Assembly (NCBI GenBank): GCA_963842525.1
Contig: CAWJGT010000009.1
Span: 960,001 to 1,024,000 of the forward strand
Reading direction: 5' to 3'
Source of the DNA: an uncultured Holophagales bacterium
Lineage (GTDB): Bacteria; Acidobacteriota; Thermoanaerobaculia; Multivoradales; UBA5704
Length of the DNA: 64,000 nucleotides
The first letter of the stretch is position 1; every line of letters begins with the position of its first letter. Of this stretch, positions 9,946 to 20,392 are shown piece by piece. The notes beneath the pieces were generated by a model that saw nothing but the letters and a program-made list of their open reading frames with translations, was not told the origin of the DNA and made no database searches. A program made the position numbers and the translations under genes.

Positions 9946-12482
9946 TCACTGTGGCTCCGGGGACACGAAGATGTTGAAGGACTCCGGATGGGCGCCCGAG
10001 AGCGCCGGCTCGAGACCGACGGACTCGGCCCGCACGGTGAACGTCGCCGCTCGGCCGAGGGCATTGGGCGTCCGCACCAGCACCTGCACCTGCCGCATCG
10101 CTCCCGGGGTCAGCATGACCTCGCGCCGGAAGGTGCCGGGCGCCGGGTTGTCGGCCGGTTGCGCCGTGTCGATGGCGACCTGCCAGCCCGAGAGCGGGTT
10201 CGCCAGCAGCGCGACGATGAAGAAGAAGGCGGCCGGTGGCGCCGGCTCCTCCCCGGGCGGCGGAGGAGGTGCGGTGTAGGTCAGGTTGAAGGCGTAGGTC
10301 AGGACGGTGTTGAGCGGAGCGTTCTCCGTATCCTGCGACGGCCGCTGTACCGTCGATTCGAACTCGACCCGCCGGAGCACCGCCTCGCCCGGTTCGGAGC
10401 CGACCTCCAGGTCGAAGGTGGTCTGCTGCGTCCGGTCGTTGGGGGGGCCGATGTGGGCGGTGATGGTGAGGACGGCGGTCTCGCCGACTTCGGCGTCCTG
10501 CGGAGCGCGCACCCGTGCTTCGAGGACCGCCTGGCCGCCGCTGGGGAGGTCGATCTCGGAGGCTTCCTGGCCGGTGGCGGCGCGGTGGAGCGTGGTGGAG
10601 CCCTGCCAGTCGCCGGTAGGGGCCACGGTGCCGGCCTCGAGATGGAAGGTGAGCCGCCGGTCGGTGCTGTTGAAGAGAGTGACGCGATGGGGGAACGGCT
10701 CGGCGCGGCCAGGCACCAGGACCTCGCCTTGCGGGCTCTGTTTGTCGCCCAGCGAGAAGGGCCCGACGGCGACCCCCTCGCCGCTCCACGCGCCGACGAA
10801 GCGGTTGATCTCGTCCTGGGCACGCACCGCGGCCAGCAGGTCGTCGGCGTTGACCGAAGGAAGGAGCCCCGGCTCGCCGTGGCTGAGCACCTGGTCGAGC
10901 AGCCGGGTCAGGGCCTGGCCGAACGGCCGCCGGCTCTGGGTGTCCGGGACGCCGGCGATGTCGGAGTCCAGCAGGCCGGAGAGTCGCGCTGGATGCCGTG
11001 GATCTGGCGGAACGCCTCCAGGGACGCCGGGGTGTCCAGGGTGAAGGCGGCGGCGCGCGATGCGTGGCGGTTGGCCAGGTCGGTCACGTCGCGCACCGCG
11101 GCGGAGATCGAGACGCGGGCCGCCACCTCGGCGGCGACGCTGCCCATGGGCAGGAAGATGCGCCGCCGGATGAGGCCGCGGTAGGCGTTCCAGGCGTCCT
11201 CGAAGGCGTGGGTCACCCCGTCGCGGCTGCTCGGGCCGTCGAGGGAACGGCTGGCGAAGAGCAGGTAGAGCTGGTCCGACCGGTCCGCCGTCACCGCTGC
11301 AACGTTCTCGTCGATCCGGAAGGCCTGGAAGACCGCCCTTCCCGCCAGGTCCACGGCCGGCTGGCGGAACGACCGCTCCAGGAGCTCGGTGGCGAGCCCG
11401 GCCGGCAGGCGGTCCGGCTGCCCCGCGGTGAAGGCCTGCAGGAAGCCGCTGGGGCTCAACCCCCGCGGCGAGCCGGCGCCGGTGACCGGCACATACGCCG
11501 CCGGTGGCACGAAGCGGAACAGCCGTTCGAGGCGCATGGAGGAGAGCTGGGCCGGCGGGCGCGTGATGTCGCGCAGGTGGTCGAGGAACTGGAGCAGCCG
11601 CTCGAGGCCGTCGGCGGCGAGCAGCGACAGGTCGGCCGGCGCCGGCCGCCAGCGCGCCACACGGCGCACCGCCCAGCGGTCGAGGAAGCGGACGCCGCCG
11701 TTGTCCCAGCGCAGGAGCGCCAGCGGCACGTCGCAGTCGCCCAGGCCGCCGCTCGCGCGCAGGTCGTCGAGCGCCGACGGGGCCGCGTCGAACGCGGGCG
11801 CCTCGCCGGCACGCAGGCGCGTTGTCCCGACGGCGCCGGCCGAGGAGCGCAGGCAGAGGTGCGCCAGCAGGTTGCGCAGCCGCGACAGGCTTTCGGCGTC
11901 GCTCAGGGCGAGGAGGCCCTGGACCTCGGTGCGCACCGGGTCGTCACCGCCACCCGTCAACGGCAGCCGCACCAGGCGGAAGCGCACGCCTTCGACGGCA
12001 TAGCGGCTGCCGCAGCCGGCGAGGGTGCGCTCGTCGCCCAGCTCGCGGCCCGGAGCGCGCTCGCGGAAGCCGGAGGCCGGGCAGACGGCCAGCACATAGG
12101 CCCCGGCGCCGGTCAGTATCAATTCGCCTCCGGGGTTGGCGCAGGAGGAGAACAGGCCGGCTTCGGGCGGGACCTCTTCGATCCGCTGGGTCAGGGCCAG
12201 CTCCACCCCCTGGGCCAGGGCCAGCGTGTCGCCGCGGTGGTTCAGGGCGAGCCCCGCCGACACCGTCACCCGCGGCACCCGGCTGCCCGAGCCGGCGTCG
12301 GCCAGCTCCACCTCCAGGCCCTGCACCACCCCTTCGCCGATCGCGCGGCCGAGCTGGCGGTGGTGGCCGCGGTTGGCCTCCTGCTCCGTGCGCAGGTCTT
12401 CGGCGGTCAGCCAGCGGCCGTTGAAGAAGTGCGTGTTGCGGATGCCGCCGTCGAGGATCGTCTCGTCGAGCTGTCGTGCCAT
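9946..12482 (-). CDS. eCIS baseplate-anchored fibre-like protein with Ig-like C-terminal domains; frameshift near 10980
   Basis: N-terminal THFFNGRWLTAEDLRTEQ..LGRAIGEGVVQGLEV is typical of eCIS fibre/baseplate anchor domains. ORFs 10908-12482 and 9946-10890 join through one frame change. Confidence 0.65.
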
Positions 12483-12515
12483 GGCGTCCGTTCTCCCTTC
12501 ATGCCTCGGCCGGGC

Positions 12516-14837
12516 TCACTGCGGCCGCAGCCGGCCGACGACGGCCGGAGTAATCCCAATCGCCTGGAGGTCGTCCAGCGATGAGAAGCTCCCCACCTCG
12601 TTGCGCCGCGCGAGGATACGGTCCGCCAGGGCCGGGCCGATGGTGGGGACGGTCAGCAGCTCCTCCCGCGTGACCGTGTTGAGGTCGAAGCCTCCGCGGA
12701 TGATCAAGCCGAGCCGGAATTCGGCCCAGCTCTCGAAGCGCCCTCCCTGGAGGCCGAAGACGGAGCCCGAGGGATGGCTGCCGGTGGTCAGCTCGCCGCG
12801 CAGGTGCTCGGCGTCGACCGCCCGGCCGCTCTCGTCGACGACGAAATCGCCGCGCAGCACGACGGTGAAGCGCGCCGGCTGCGCCAGGACGTCGTTGGAG
12901 AGGAGCGCGCGGTTGAAGACCAGGGCGGCGCCGGGCGCCAGCGGCCCGGGGATGCGCCGGGCGCTGACGATGAGCTGCCCCTGGAGCTGGATGTTGTCGA
13001 TCGGCACGACCTCGAGCGGGACGATGCGCAGTTGGTTGCGCAGCTCGCCCTGTCCCTCGCTGAAGAGCTGGAAGGTGTTGGCGTCCAGAGAGCCGGCGCG
13101 CACCACCACGCGACCGGTGAAACGCAGGGCGACCGCCGTGACCGTCTGGGTGTCCAGGACCAGGTTGAAGGAGCTGTTGCCGCCATGCGTCCAGCTCAGC
13201 GCGTCGATGCGCACCAGGTCGCTTTCGATGATCTCAACCTCCGGCGGCGGGGCGGCCGTGACAGGGAGCGGCGTCCACTGGTTGTTGAAGAAGGTCAGCA
13301 CCTCGTTCGGGTTGGGCGCCACGGTGGAGACGACACGGCCGCGCAACCCGGCCACCGTCGGGTTGGGGTAGGTCGTTGCCAGGTCGCCGCCGGCCGCCTG
13401 GCCGAACGTCAATGCCTGGCCGCTCGCCGTGGCCTGCGCGAGGTTGGTGATCCGGTTGTTGCCGGCGCTCAGGTTGCCGGTCAGCGCCCGGGTGCCGCTG
13501 GCCAGCAGGTACTGCGGATGGTCGTCGGCGCCGAGCCCGGTGAGGGCCGAGTGCGCCGTGACGCCACTGCCCCCCTGGGGCGGGCGTGGCATCCACTGGC
13601 CTTCGGAGAAGGTGAGCACCTGGTTCTCGTTGGGCTGCTGCGGGGAGACGAAGCGGCCTTGCAGACGGGTGACCGAGGGATTGGGATAGGTCAATCCCAG
13701 GTCGCCGCCGGCCGCCTGGCTGAACGGCATGGCCTCGCCCGCGTTCTGCGCCTGCGCGAGATTGTTGATCCGGTTGCCGCCGGCGCTCAGATTGCCGGAC
13801 AGCGCCCGGGTGCCGTTGGCCAGCAGGTACTGCGGGTGGTCGTCGGCGCTCAGCCCCTGGAGCTCGGCGTGAACGTTGACGTCCTCGATGTCCGTCGAGC
13901 CGGTCAGCATCTCCTGGAGCAGGCGGGTATGGAGGAGCACCGGCCGCCTGTCGACGGAGACCTGAGGGTCGCCGGTGAGGGCGAGGTCGTCATCGACGTC
14001 GAGGTCGAGGCGCGCGAGGAGCACGCAGTCCTCGGCCGGCTCGCCCGCGCAGCCGCCACCGGGGATGGCCGGCCGCACCTCGCCGACCCAGACCCGGTAG
14101 GCCGCGCGCAGGATGCGGCGGATGTCGTCCGGATGGACGTGGATGACGTCGCTGCCGGGCGGCGACTCCGGTCCGGCCGGAGGCGAGGCTTCCTCCAGGA
14201 GGCCGCGCACCAGATCCTCCATCTCCTCCTCTGTGATCTCGCTCGGCTGGTCTTCTTCGATGTCGATGCGGCCGAGCAGCTCGCCGAAGCGGCGCACCAT
14301 GTCCTCCTCGGCCTGGTCCGGCGGGTCGAGGGAGATCTCCAGCTCGAAGGACTCGGTGATGCGCGATGGCGCCAGGCTGTCCTCCTGCGAGCGGCAGGGT
14401 CCGCCCGGGATGGGCACCGGGTCGGTCTCGCAGTCGCGGAAGCAGAGCCGCACGTAGAGCGGCAGCGGCCCCGCCGCGGGCGGCGAGCCGAGGCGGCCGA
14501 GGACCTCCTCGCGATGGCGCAGCAGCCAGGCGCCGAGCTGCGCGCACTGCGCCTCGGGCACCCGCACCACGTTGCCGCGGGGGGTCACCGCGAGGCCGGG
14601 CTCGACCCGCACCTCGGTGTCGCCGCCGTCCGGCGCGGTCGAGACGCGGAGGCCGCAGGCCACGCCATAGCCGTGGAGCAGCCGGTTGTGCAGCTTGTCC
14701 CGTTCCAGGAAGTGGAGCTGTTCCTGCCGGAACTCGTCCTCTCCCAGCACGAGGCCGAGGGTGTAGTTGACCCGCTTGGCGGGGTCGAGCGTCCCGCGCG
14801 AGAGCGGGCTGGCGGTCTGGAAACAGGAGCAGGTCAT
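12516..14837 (-). CDS. eCIS tail-fibre-like protein with a duplicated shaft repeat and a C-terminal ComEA-type helix-hairpin-helix domain
   Basis: KRVNYTLGLVLGEDEFRQEQ..LHGYGVACGLRV anchor; two 106-aa repeats (DDHPQYLL..RI[N/T]NLA..AGGDL..YPNP); C-terminal DLNTVTREELLTVPTIGPALADRILARRNEVGSFSSLDDLQAIGI. Confidence 0.75.
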   Translation of the reverse strand: MTCSCFQTASPLSRGTLDPAKRVNYTLGLVLGEDEFRQEQLHFLERDKLHNRLLHGYGVACGLRVSTAPDGGDTEVRVEPGLAVTPRGNVVRVPEAQCAQLGAWLLRHREEVLGRLGSPPAAGPLPLYVRLCFRDCETDPVPIPGGPCRSQEDSLAPSRITESFELEISLDPPDQAEEDMVRRFGELLGRIDIEEDQPSEITEEEMEDLVRGLLEEASPPAGPESPPGSDVIHVHPDDIRRILRAAYRVWVGEVRPAIPGGGCAGEPAEDCVLLARLDLDVDDDLALTGDPQVSVDRRPVLLHTRLLQEMLTGSTDIEDVNVHAELQGLSADDHPQYLLANGTRALSGNLSAGGNRINNLAQAQNAGEAMPFSQAAGGDLGLTYPNPSVTRLQGRFVSPQQPNENQVLTFSEGQWMPRPPQGGSGVTAHSALTGLGADDHPQYLLASGTRALTGNLSAGNNRITNLAQATASGQALTFGQAAGGDLATTYPNPTVAGLRGRVVSTVAPNPNEVLTFFNNQWTPLPVTAAPPPEVEIIESDLVRIDALSWTHGGNSSFNLVLDTQTVTAVALRFTGRVVVRAGSLDANTFQLFSEGQGELRNQLRIVPLEVVPIDNIQLQGQLIVSARRIPGPLAPGAALVFNRALLSNDVLAQPARFTVVLRGDFVVDESGRAVDAEHLRGELTTGSHPSGSVFGLQGGRFESWAEFRLGLIIRGGFDLNTVTREELLTVPTIGPALADRILARRNEVGSFSSLDDLQAIGITPAVVGRLRPQ

Positions 14838-17722
14838 CTCGGGTTCTCCTGGAAACCGGAGGCGGCCGGGGACACGCCGCTGACACCGCCGACGCGATCG
14901 CGTCCGGCGACGAAGCGGTCCGGCTCGCCCCAGGGGTGGGAAGGCGGCAGATAGCTCTCGCCCAGATAGGCGCCGCCGAGCGCCAACGGCAACAGACGGC
15001 CGCCCTGGTCGACGGTCGTATCGAGCCCTACCCGCGCCTGGCCGACGCGGAACAGGGCCCAGAACTCGCGCACCTCGAAACGGGTGTGGGCCGGTTTTTC
15101 CCGCTCCACGACCCTCTGCACCAGCTCCAGCCGGCGCTGGCGTGCCACGGTGTCCTCGTCCACCGCCACCGGCACCAGCACGGTGAAGCGGTGGGCGTTG
15201 CGCCGCAACGGCAGGGCCGTGGAGACGAAACGGATCCAGTCGGCCAGCGGTGCGCCGGAGGAAGGCAGCTCGGCAGGCAGCGGCACGTCGGCGAAGGAAG
15301 CTGGAGCTGTCGATCCAGTCAGGCCCCAGGCCCGGTTGAGCTCGGAGATGCGGCGGTAGCGGTGGGCCAGGAAGGCGCGCCAGGCGGGTGCATCGCCGGC
15401 GCCGGCCGCGGTATAGGTGAAGCCGATCTCCCAGCGGGTGAAGCGCAGCCAGTCTTCGCGGCGGGCGTTATCTTCCGGGGGTGGCACGAGCGCCGGCAGG
15501 CGCAGCTCGGCGAAGCTCTGGTAGCTCGTGCCGCCCCAGGCCGCGTTCAGGGCCTCGATCTCCTCATGGACCCGCTGCAGATAGTCGCGCCAGAGCTGGT
15601 GGAGCGGCCCGGCGCCGAGCGCCGGGGTCCACGCCTGGCCGGCCGCCACCAGCCGCGGCATCTCCAGCTCCTCGGGGTCGCCCACGCTCACCCCGGGCTG
15701 CCCTCGGGTGAGGAAGCTCTCCAGGATGCGCACCGAGCGCCGCGTCGCCGCCACCCGCGGGTCGGTGACGTCCTCGGTGAACAGGCCGTCGTCCACGCAG
15801 CCGTCGAGGGCCAGGCGGAGCATGCGGATCAGCCCGGCGGTGGTGCCGCGCTGCTGGAACAGCTCCGGAGCGTGGCGCAGGAACAGGCGCTGGCGCGCCG
15901 CGTCCCAGGACGGATCGAGCTCGGCGCCCAGCCAGCCGGCGAGCCAGTCGAGGTATTCGCTGGCGTCGCGGTCCCACAGCTCCTGCGCCTGCTCGATGCG
16001 CCCTTCGAGCGTGGTGAAGATCCCCTCGACGTTGGCGAGGTAGCGGTCCAGGAACGAGGCCGAGGCCTCGTCCAGCCGGTAGGCCTGCGGCAGGTACTCC
16101 TTGAGGTAGGAGAAGCGCGGGTACCAGGCGCGCAGCGCCCGCACCCGCGGCGTGGCCCGCCGGTTGCCGGAGAAGGTCAGGCGGAGCTGGATCCAGCGCC
16201 CGCGGGCACGCTGGAAGAGCAGCTCCCACGTGCCGATACCGGCGGTCCGGCCGCGCCGCAGCTCCTCGGCGGACCAGACGCGGATGTACGGCAGCTCGGG
16301 CCCGCCGGCGCGCAGATAGGGGTCGGGCTCCCGCTCCCAGGGCAGGCCGGCGAGCAGGTCCGGCCGTTCGGCGGCGCGGCTCTCGACCGCCACCGCGGTG
16401 CCTTCGGGGATGCAGGCGTCGAGCAGCAGCCGGTGCCAGACGCACTCGGGGTCGCGGCCGTCGAGCGGCGCCGTGGTGAGCGACCCTTCGGTCAGGAAAC
16501 GGGGCCGCGGCGCCTCGGCGAGCGGCAGCCAGCGCTCGCCCGAGTCGTAGTGGGCACCACCCTCCGACGCATCCGGCCCGCCTCCTGCCACCAGGCCGCG
16601 TCCGCCGGCGCGCCGCATGGGGTAGTAGCTGCGCTGGAGCGTGAGCCGCAGCTCCTCGCCGTCCACCTCCAAGGCGAAGGCGAAGGACTGGTTGCCGTCG
16701 GCGCCGCCGAGGAAGAGCGTGCCCCGGACCTGATCGTGCGACAGGCCGGCGGCCGGCACGAAGGCGAGGTCGAAGGCGGTGAGGCCGGCCGTCCCCTCTT
16801 CGGCCGCTCCTTCGAGGGCGCGATCGAGCACGATCTCGGGACCCAGGAACCGGCCGCAGCGCAGGCGGTGGAGGCGCGACCACCCCTCGCCCGGCCGGGT
16901 CTCCAGGACCAGGACGCTGCCGTCCGGCAGGGCCTCGACCGCGGTGGCATGGATGGGCTCCGGCGGCGAGCCGAGCGCCAGAGGAACGCCCTGCGGGCGC
17001 GGCCGGCCGGCGCGGCGCCGGGGCGTCTGGCCGTGCGGCGCGAAGTCCCCTTCCTCGTCCACGCCCGGCTCGGGCTCGCCGAGCATGCGGAGGTGGCGGT
17101 CCAGGGTCCACAGGAGCGGCGGACCGTCCGGCGCAAGCTCCGCGGCGTCGAGAGGCCGGTCGAGGATGACGACGCCGCCCGCCGGCAGCGGCGCCATGTC
17201 GAACGGCTCGAAACGGTCGCCGGCCGGCCAGGGGAGCACGCTCAGGGGCGGACCGCCGGCGTGGAGGTCGAAGACCAGCAGGCCCGGCGGGTCGAGCACG
17301 CCGACGACGAGGTAGTGGTCGCAGGTCACGGCGAGACCACGCAGGCGCGGCTCCACGGTCGCCGGAGCTGGAGCCAGGGGCTGGAAACCGCTCTGTGGCG
17401 CCAGTGGGCAGACGGTTGGAGGAACCGGCCAGAACCGCTCAGAGGCTGTGGCGCCCGGAGGCAGGAAGCGGACCTCCCGCTCATCCCCTTCATCGGTGCC
17501 GATCCAGTACCAGTTGCCATAGCGGTCGCGGGCGGCGCCGCGGCGGTCCTCCAGGCGGGGCGGCCGGTCGCCGGGCGGCGTGGAGAAGCGGAAGAGCTGG
17601 GCCTCCAGCCCGACGCCGTTGCGCTCCTCGTCGAAGGCGAGGCCGCCGTCCGCAGGGAGCAGGGGCTCCCAGTCGCGCCTGCCCAGCAGGAGATGGAACC
17701 GCGTGCCGTTGACGTCGCCCAT
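14834..17722 (-). CDS. eCIS baseplate wedge / phage tail protein (P2 gpI-like domain)
   Basis: YLPQAY..FLDRYLANVEG..YLDWLAGWLG..LFQQRGTTAGL and VVEREKPAHT motifs; ATG 17722 follows the baseplate J stop. Confidence 0.8.
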   Translation of the reverse strand: MGDVNGTRFHLLLGRRDWEPLLPADGGLAFDEERNGVGLEAQLFRFSTPPGDRPPRLEDRRGAARDRYGNWYWIGTDEGDEREVRFLPPGATASERFWPVPPTVCPLAPQSGFQPLAPAPATVEPRLRGLAVTCDHYLVVGVLDPPGLLVFDLHAGGPPLSVLPWPAGDRFEPFDMAPLPAGGVVILDRPLDAAELAPDGPPLLWTLDRHLRMLGEPEPGVDEEGDFAPHGQTPRRRAGRPRPQGVPLALGSPPEPIHATAVEALPDGSVLVLETRPGEGWSRLHRLRCGRFLGPEIVLDRALEGAAEEGTAGLTAFDLAFVPAAGLSHDQVRGTLFLGGADGNQSFAFALEVDGEELRLTLQRSYYPMRRAGGRGLVAGGGPDASEGGAHYDSGERWLPLAEAPRPRFLTEGSLTTAPLDGRDPECVWHRLLLDACIPEGTAVAVESRAAERPDLLAGLPWEREPDPYLRAGGPELPYIRVWSAEELRRGRTAGIGTWELLFQRARGRWIQLRLTFSGNRRATPRVRALRAWYPRFSYLKEYLPQAYRLDEASASFLDRYLANVEGIFTTLEGRIEQAQELWDRDASEYLDWLAGWLGAELDPSWDAARQRLFLRHAPELFQQRGTTAGLIRMLRLALDGCVDDGLFTEDVTDPRVAATRRSVRILESFLTRGQPGVSVGDPEELEMPRLVAAGQAWTPALGAGPLHQLWRDYLQRVHEEIEALNAAWGGTSYQSFAELRLPALVPPPEDNARREDWLRFTRWEIGFTYTAAGAGDAPAWRAFLAHRYRRISELNRAWGLTGSTAPASFADVPLPAELPSSGAPLADWIRFVSTALPLRRNAHRFTVLVPVAVDEDTVARQRRLELVQRVVEREKPAHTRFEVREFWALFRVGQARVGLDTTVDQGGRLLPLALGGAYLGESYLPPSHPWGEPDRFVAGRDRVGGVSGVSPAASGFQENPR

Positions 17723-17724
17723 CC

Positions 17725-19973
17725 TCAGCACTCCTCCGGGACTACGGGCACGGGCACGCGGCGGGGTCCGCCGGGTGCGGCGGGCGCCGGGCCGGCCAGC
17801 TCGGAGAGCGGCGCCGGGTCGCCCGCCTGGACCGACAGGGCGGCGAGGCGCGGCAGCTCCAGGCCGGCGAGGTCGATGCGGTCGGCGGGCGTCGGCCCGC
17901 CGCGGCCGAGCAGCACACCGGTGACTTTGGCGACGCCGTCGACCCGCGCGGCGACCGCCCACAGCTCCAGGGCCTCGACCGGGTTGGACAGCGGCCAGCC
18001 GGTGCCGTCGCGCCCGCCTTCGAGCGGGGAGAGGAAGCGGCGCAGCTCGCGCTTGACCGCCTCGCGCGCCCCGGCCTGGTCGCGGCCGGCCACCACTTCA
18101 ATGCCGACCGACAGCCAGACCGGCACGTAGACCGGGCCGCTCACCCACAGCTCGGTGGTGACCAGCCGGCGCGGCGACAGGTAGGCGCACAGGGTCTCCA
18201 GGAAGCGCGCGTCCGGCTCCGGCGCCTCCGGATGGAGCGGGTCGAAGCGCGGGATGACCATCAGCGTCACCACCCCCTCGGCCGGCGTATCGGGAGCGTC
18301 GGGCTGGAACAGGGGCAGCACCTCCACGCGGCCGACGTCCACGCCGGGAGCGCGGCGGGCGATCTCCTCGAAATCGCGCTCCGACACCAGCCGGTCGCGG
18401 TGGCGCAGGGTCTGCGGGATGCGCTGCTCGGCGTCGCGCACGGTCTCGGCGTCGGCGCCGCCCCAGGTGGGGACCGGGTTGGCGACCTGCATGCCGGCCG
18501 GCAGGCTCGTCCCCTTGCTGACCGCGCCGATCCCGACCATGCCGGCGCGCCCGCCGCCGAAGTCGTAGCTCGCCTGGATCACCGCTCCCGCCGTGGGCCG
18601 GGCGCCGCGCAGGCCGTCGCCAAAGCGCACGGCGCCGGTGGCGCGGTCGACGGTGAACGCCCGCGCCGCCGCCGGATCGGCCCCATCACTCCCACCCCGG
18701 AGACCCCAGGAAACATCTCCCAGCGGCACCTCGGGCGCCGCCAGGCGGAGGTCCTCCACCTCGCGCCACGGCTCACCGCCGACGCTGAGCGAGACGCTCC
18801 CGGGGAGCACCGGCGTGTTGGCCAGGCGCAGCTCCTGGTCGGGCTCGCCCGTGCCGCGGCCGAGCACCTCGCCGGCCACGTGGGCACGCTGCACGACCCG
18901 TGCGGCGTTGATCCCGAGCCAGCTCAGACGGCCCGACGGCCTGCCGGTGTCCGAGGCAGTTCCCGACGGCGCCCGCAGGCCGACGCGGAGCCAGGTCACA
19001 AGGCGGTCGGCCAGGGAATCCTCGGCCAGCGCCGGCGGGAAGTCGCCCGTGCCCTCGTCCTGCGGCTCGAGGTCGTCCCACAGCCGCAGCCGTTCGGCGC
19101 CGGGGAGCGGCAGCTCCACGATCCCCGGCTCGTCCAGCAGGTCGCCGCTCGACCGGGCGTCGAGCGGGTCGAAGCGAGCCACCCGCTCGCCCGACGGACC
19201 CAGGTCGTCGCGGCCGGTGGGCCGCGGCAGCGACCAGGTGAGGGAGGGCTGGGCGCCGGCCTCCACGCGGCCGCCGGGCGGCAGCTCGCGGGCGCCGCCT
19301 GGGGCGGCCGGTACGACCCCCAGGGTCAGCACCTGGCCGGCGATGGCGTGCCGCGCCGCCTCCACGTCGGCCGGCGAGCGGGCGAAGAGCGCCACCCAGA
19401 GCGAGCCGTCCACGGTGCTCCCCAGGTCGAGCTTCCGGGGGGAGCGCGCCGGATCGCGGCGCCGGGAGCTTCCCGCGTCTCGTAGAAGGCGAGCACGGAG
19501 CCTTCGCCGGTCAGCGCCGCGAAGAGCTGGTCGTAGAGCGACCGCACCTCGGCCTCGCGGTCGCCGGGCAGCTCGGCCTTGTAGAAGACCCGCGACTCGA
19601 CCGGCAGCACGGCCAGGCCGTCGACGGTGCGGAACGGCACCTGGCCGGCGGTCAGCTCCAGGTCCGGCGGCAGCACGCGGGCCTCGACCGCGCCGCGCAG
19701 GTTGGAGAACGCCACCAGCCCCCGCGCCGCCTCGGCCGGCTGCAGCGGGATGCCGAGGAGGTTCAGGAACTTGATGCGGTTGCGCTCCGGGATGCGGTTG
19801 GCGCGGTAGAGCAGGCTCTCCGTCATGAAGGAGAAGAGCTGGAGGAGCGTGACGCCCGGGTCGGCGTCGTTGAAGTTGGTCCATTCCGGCAGGTGGACCG
19901 GGATGCGCGCCAGCGCCTCTTCCAGGATCTGGCGATAGGTGCGGTCGTCGAGGACCGGTTCGGTCAGGGCCAT
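17725..19973 (-). CDS. Baseplate J-like assembly protein (Afp11/gp6-like); frameshift near 19450
   Basis: LDDRTY..IPVHLPEWTNFNDADPGVTLLQLF N-terminus, then VRFGDGLRGARP, GGADAET, LRHRDRLVSERDFE and RRLVTTEL in the second frame. Confidence 0.88.
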
Positions 19974-19987
19974 GGTCTCTCTTCTCC

Positions 19988-20389
19988 CTAGCCCGCCAGG
20001 CGGACGCTCAGGTCGATGCGGTCGGACGATCCGGTCGCGACCAGGGCATAGCGGATGGTGACCGCCGCCGACTGCACGGTGGTCGCGTCGGTCGCGTCGG
20101 CTTCGACCGTCACCGACTCCAGGCGGATGCGCGGCTCCCACAGCGAGAGCGCGCGGACGATGCGTTCCTCGATCAGCCGGTGGGTCGCCACCGTGTTGGG
20201 TTGGAACAGGAACCGGGCGAGGCCGGCGCCGAAGTCGGGCAGCAGGATCCGCTCGCCGGGCTCGGTGAGCAGGATGATGCGGATGGCCTCGCGGATGTTC
20301 TCCGGGCCGACCGAGAGGGCCACCCGGCCGTCCGGCCCCAGCCTTGGGGGGAACGCGAAACCCTGTCCGAAGATGCGTGCCTCGTCCAT
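19988..20389 (-). CDS. GPW/gp25 family baseplate protein (Afp9-like)
   Basis: GQGFAFPP, IREAIRIILLTEPGERILLPDFGAGL, LSLWEPRI. Confidence 0.92.
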   Translation of the reverse strand: MDEARIFGQGFAFPPRLGPDGRVALSVGPENIREAIRIILLTEPGERILLPDFGAGLARFLFQPNTVATHRLIEERIVRALSLWEPRIRLESVTVEADATDATTVQSAAVTIRYALVATGSSDRIDLSVRLAG

Positions 20390-20392
20390 CGC

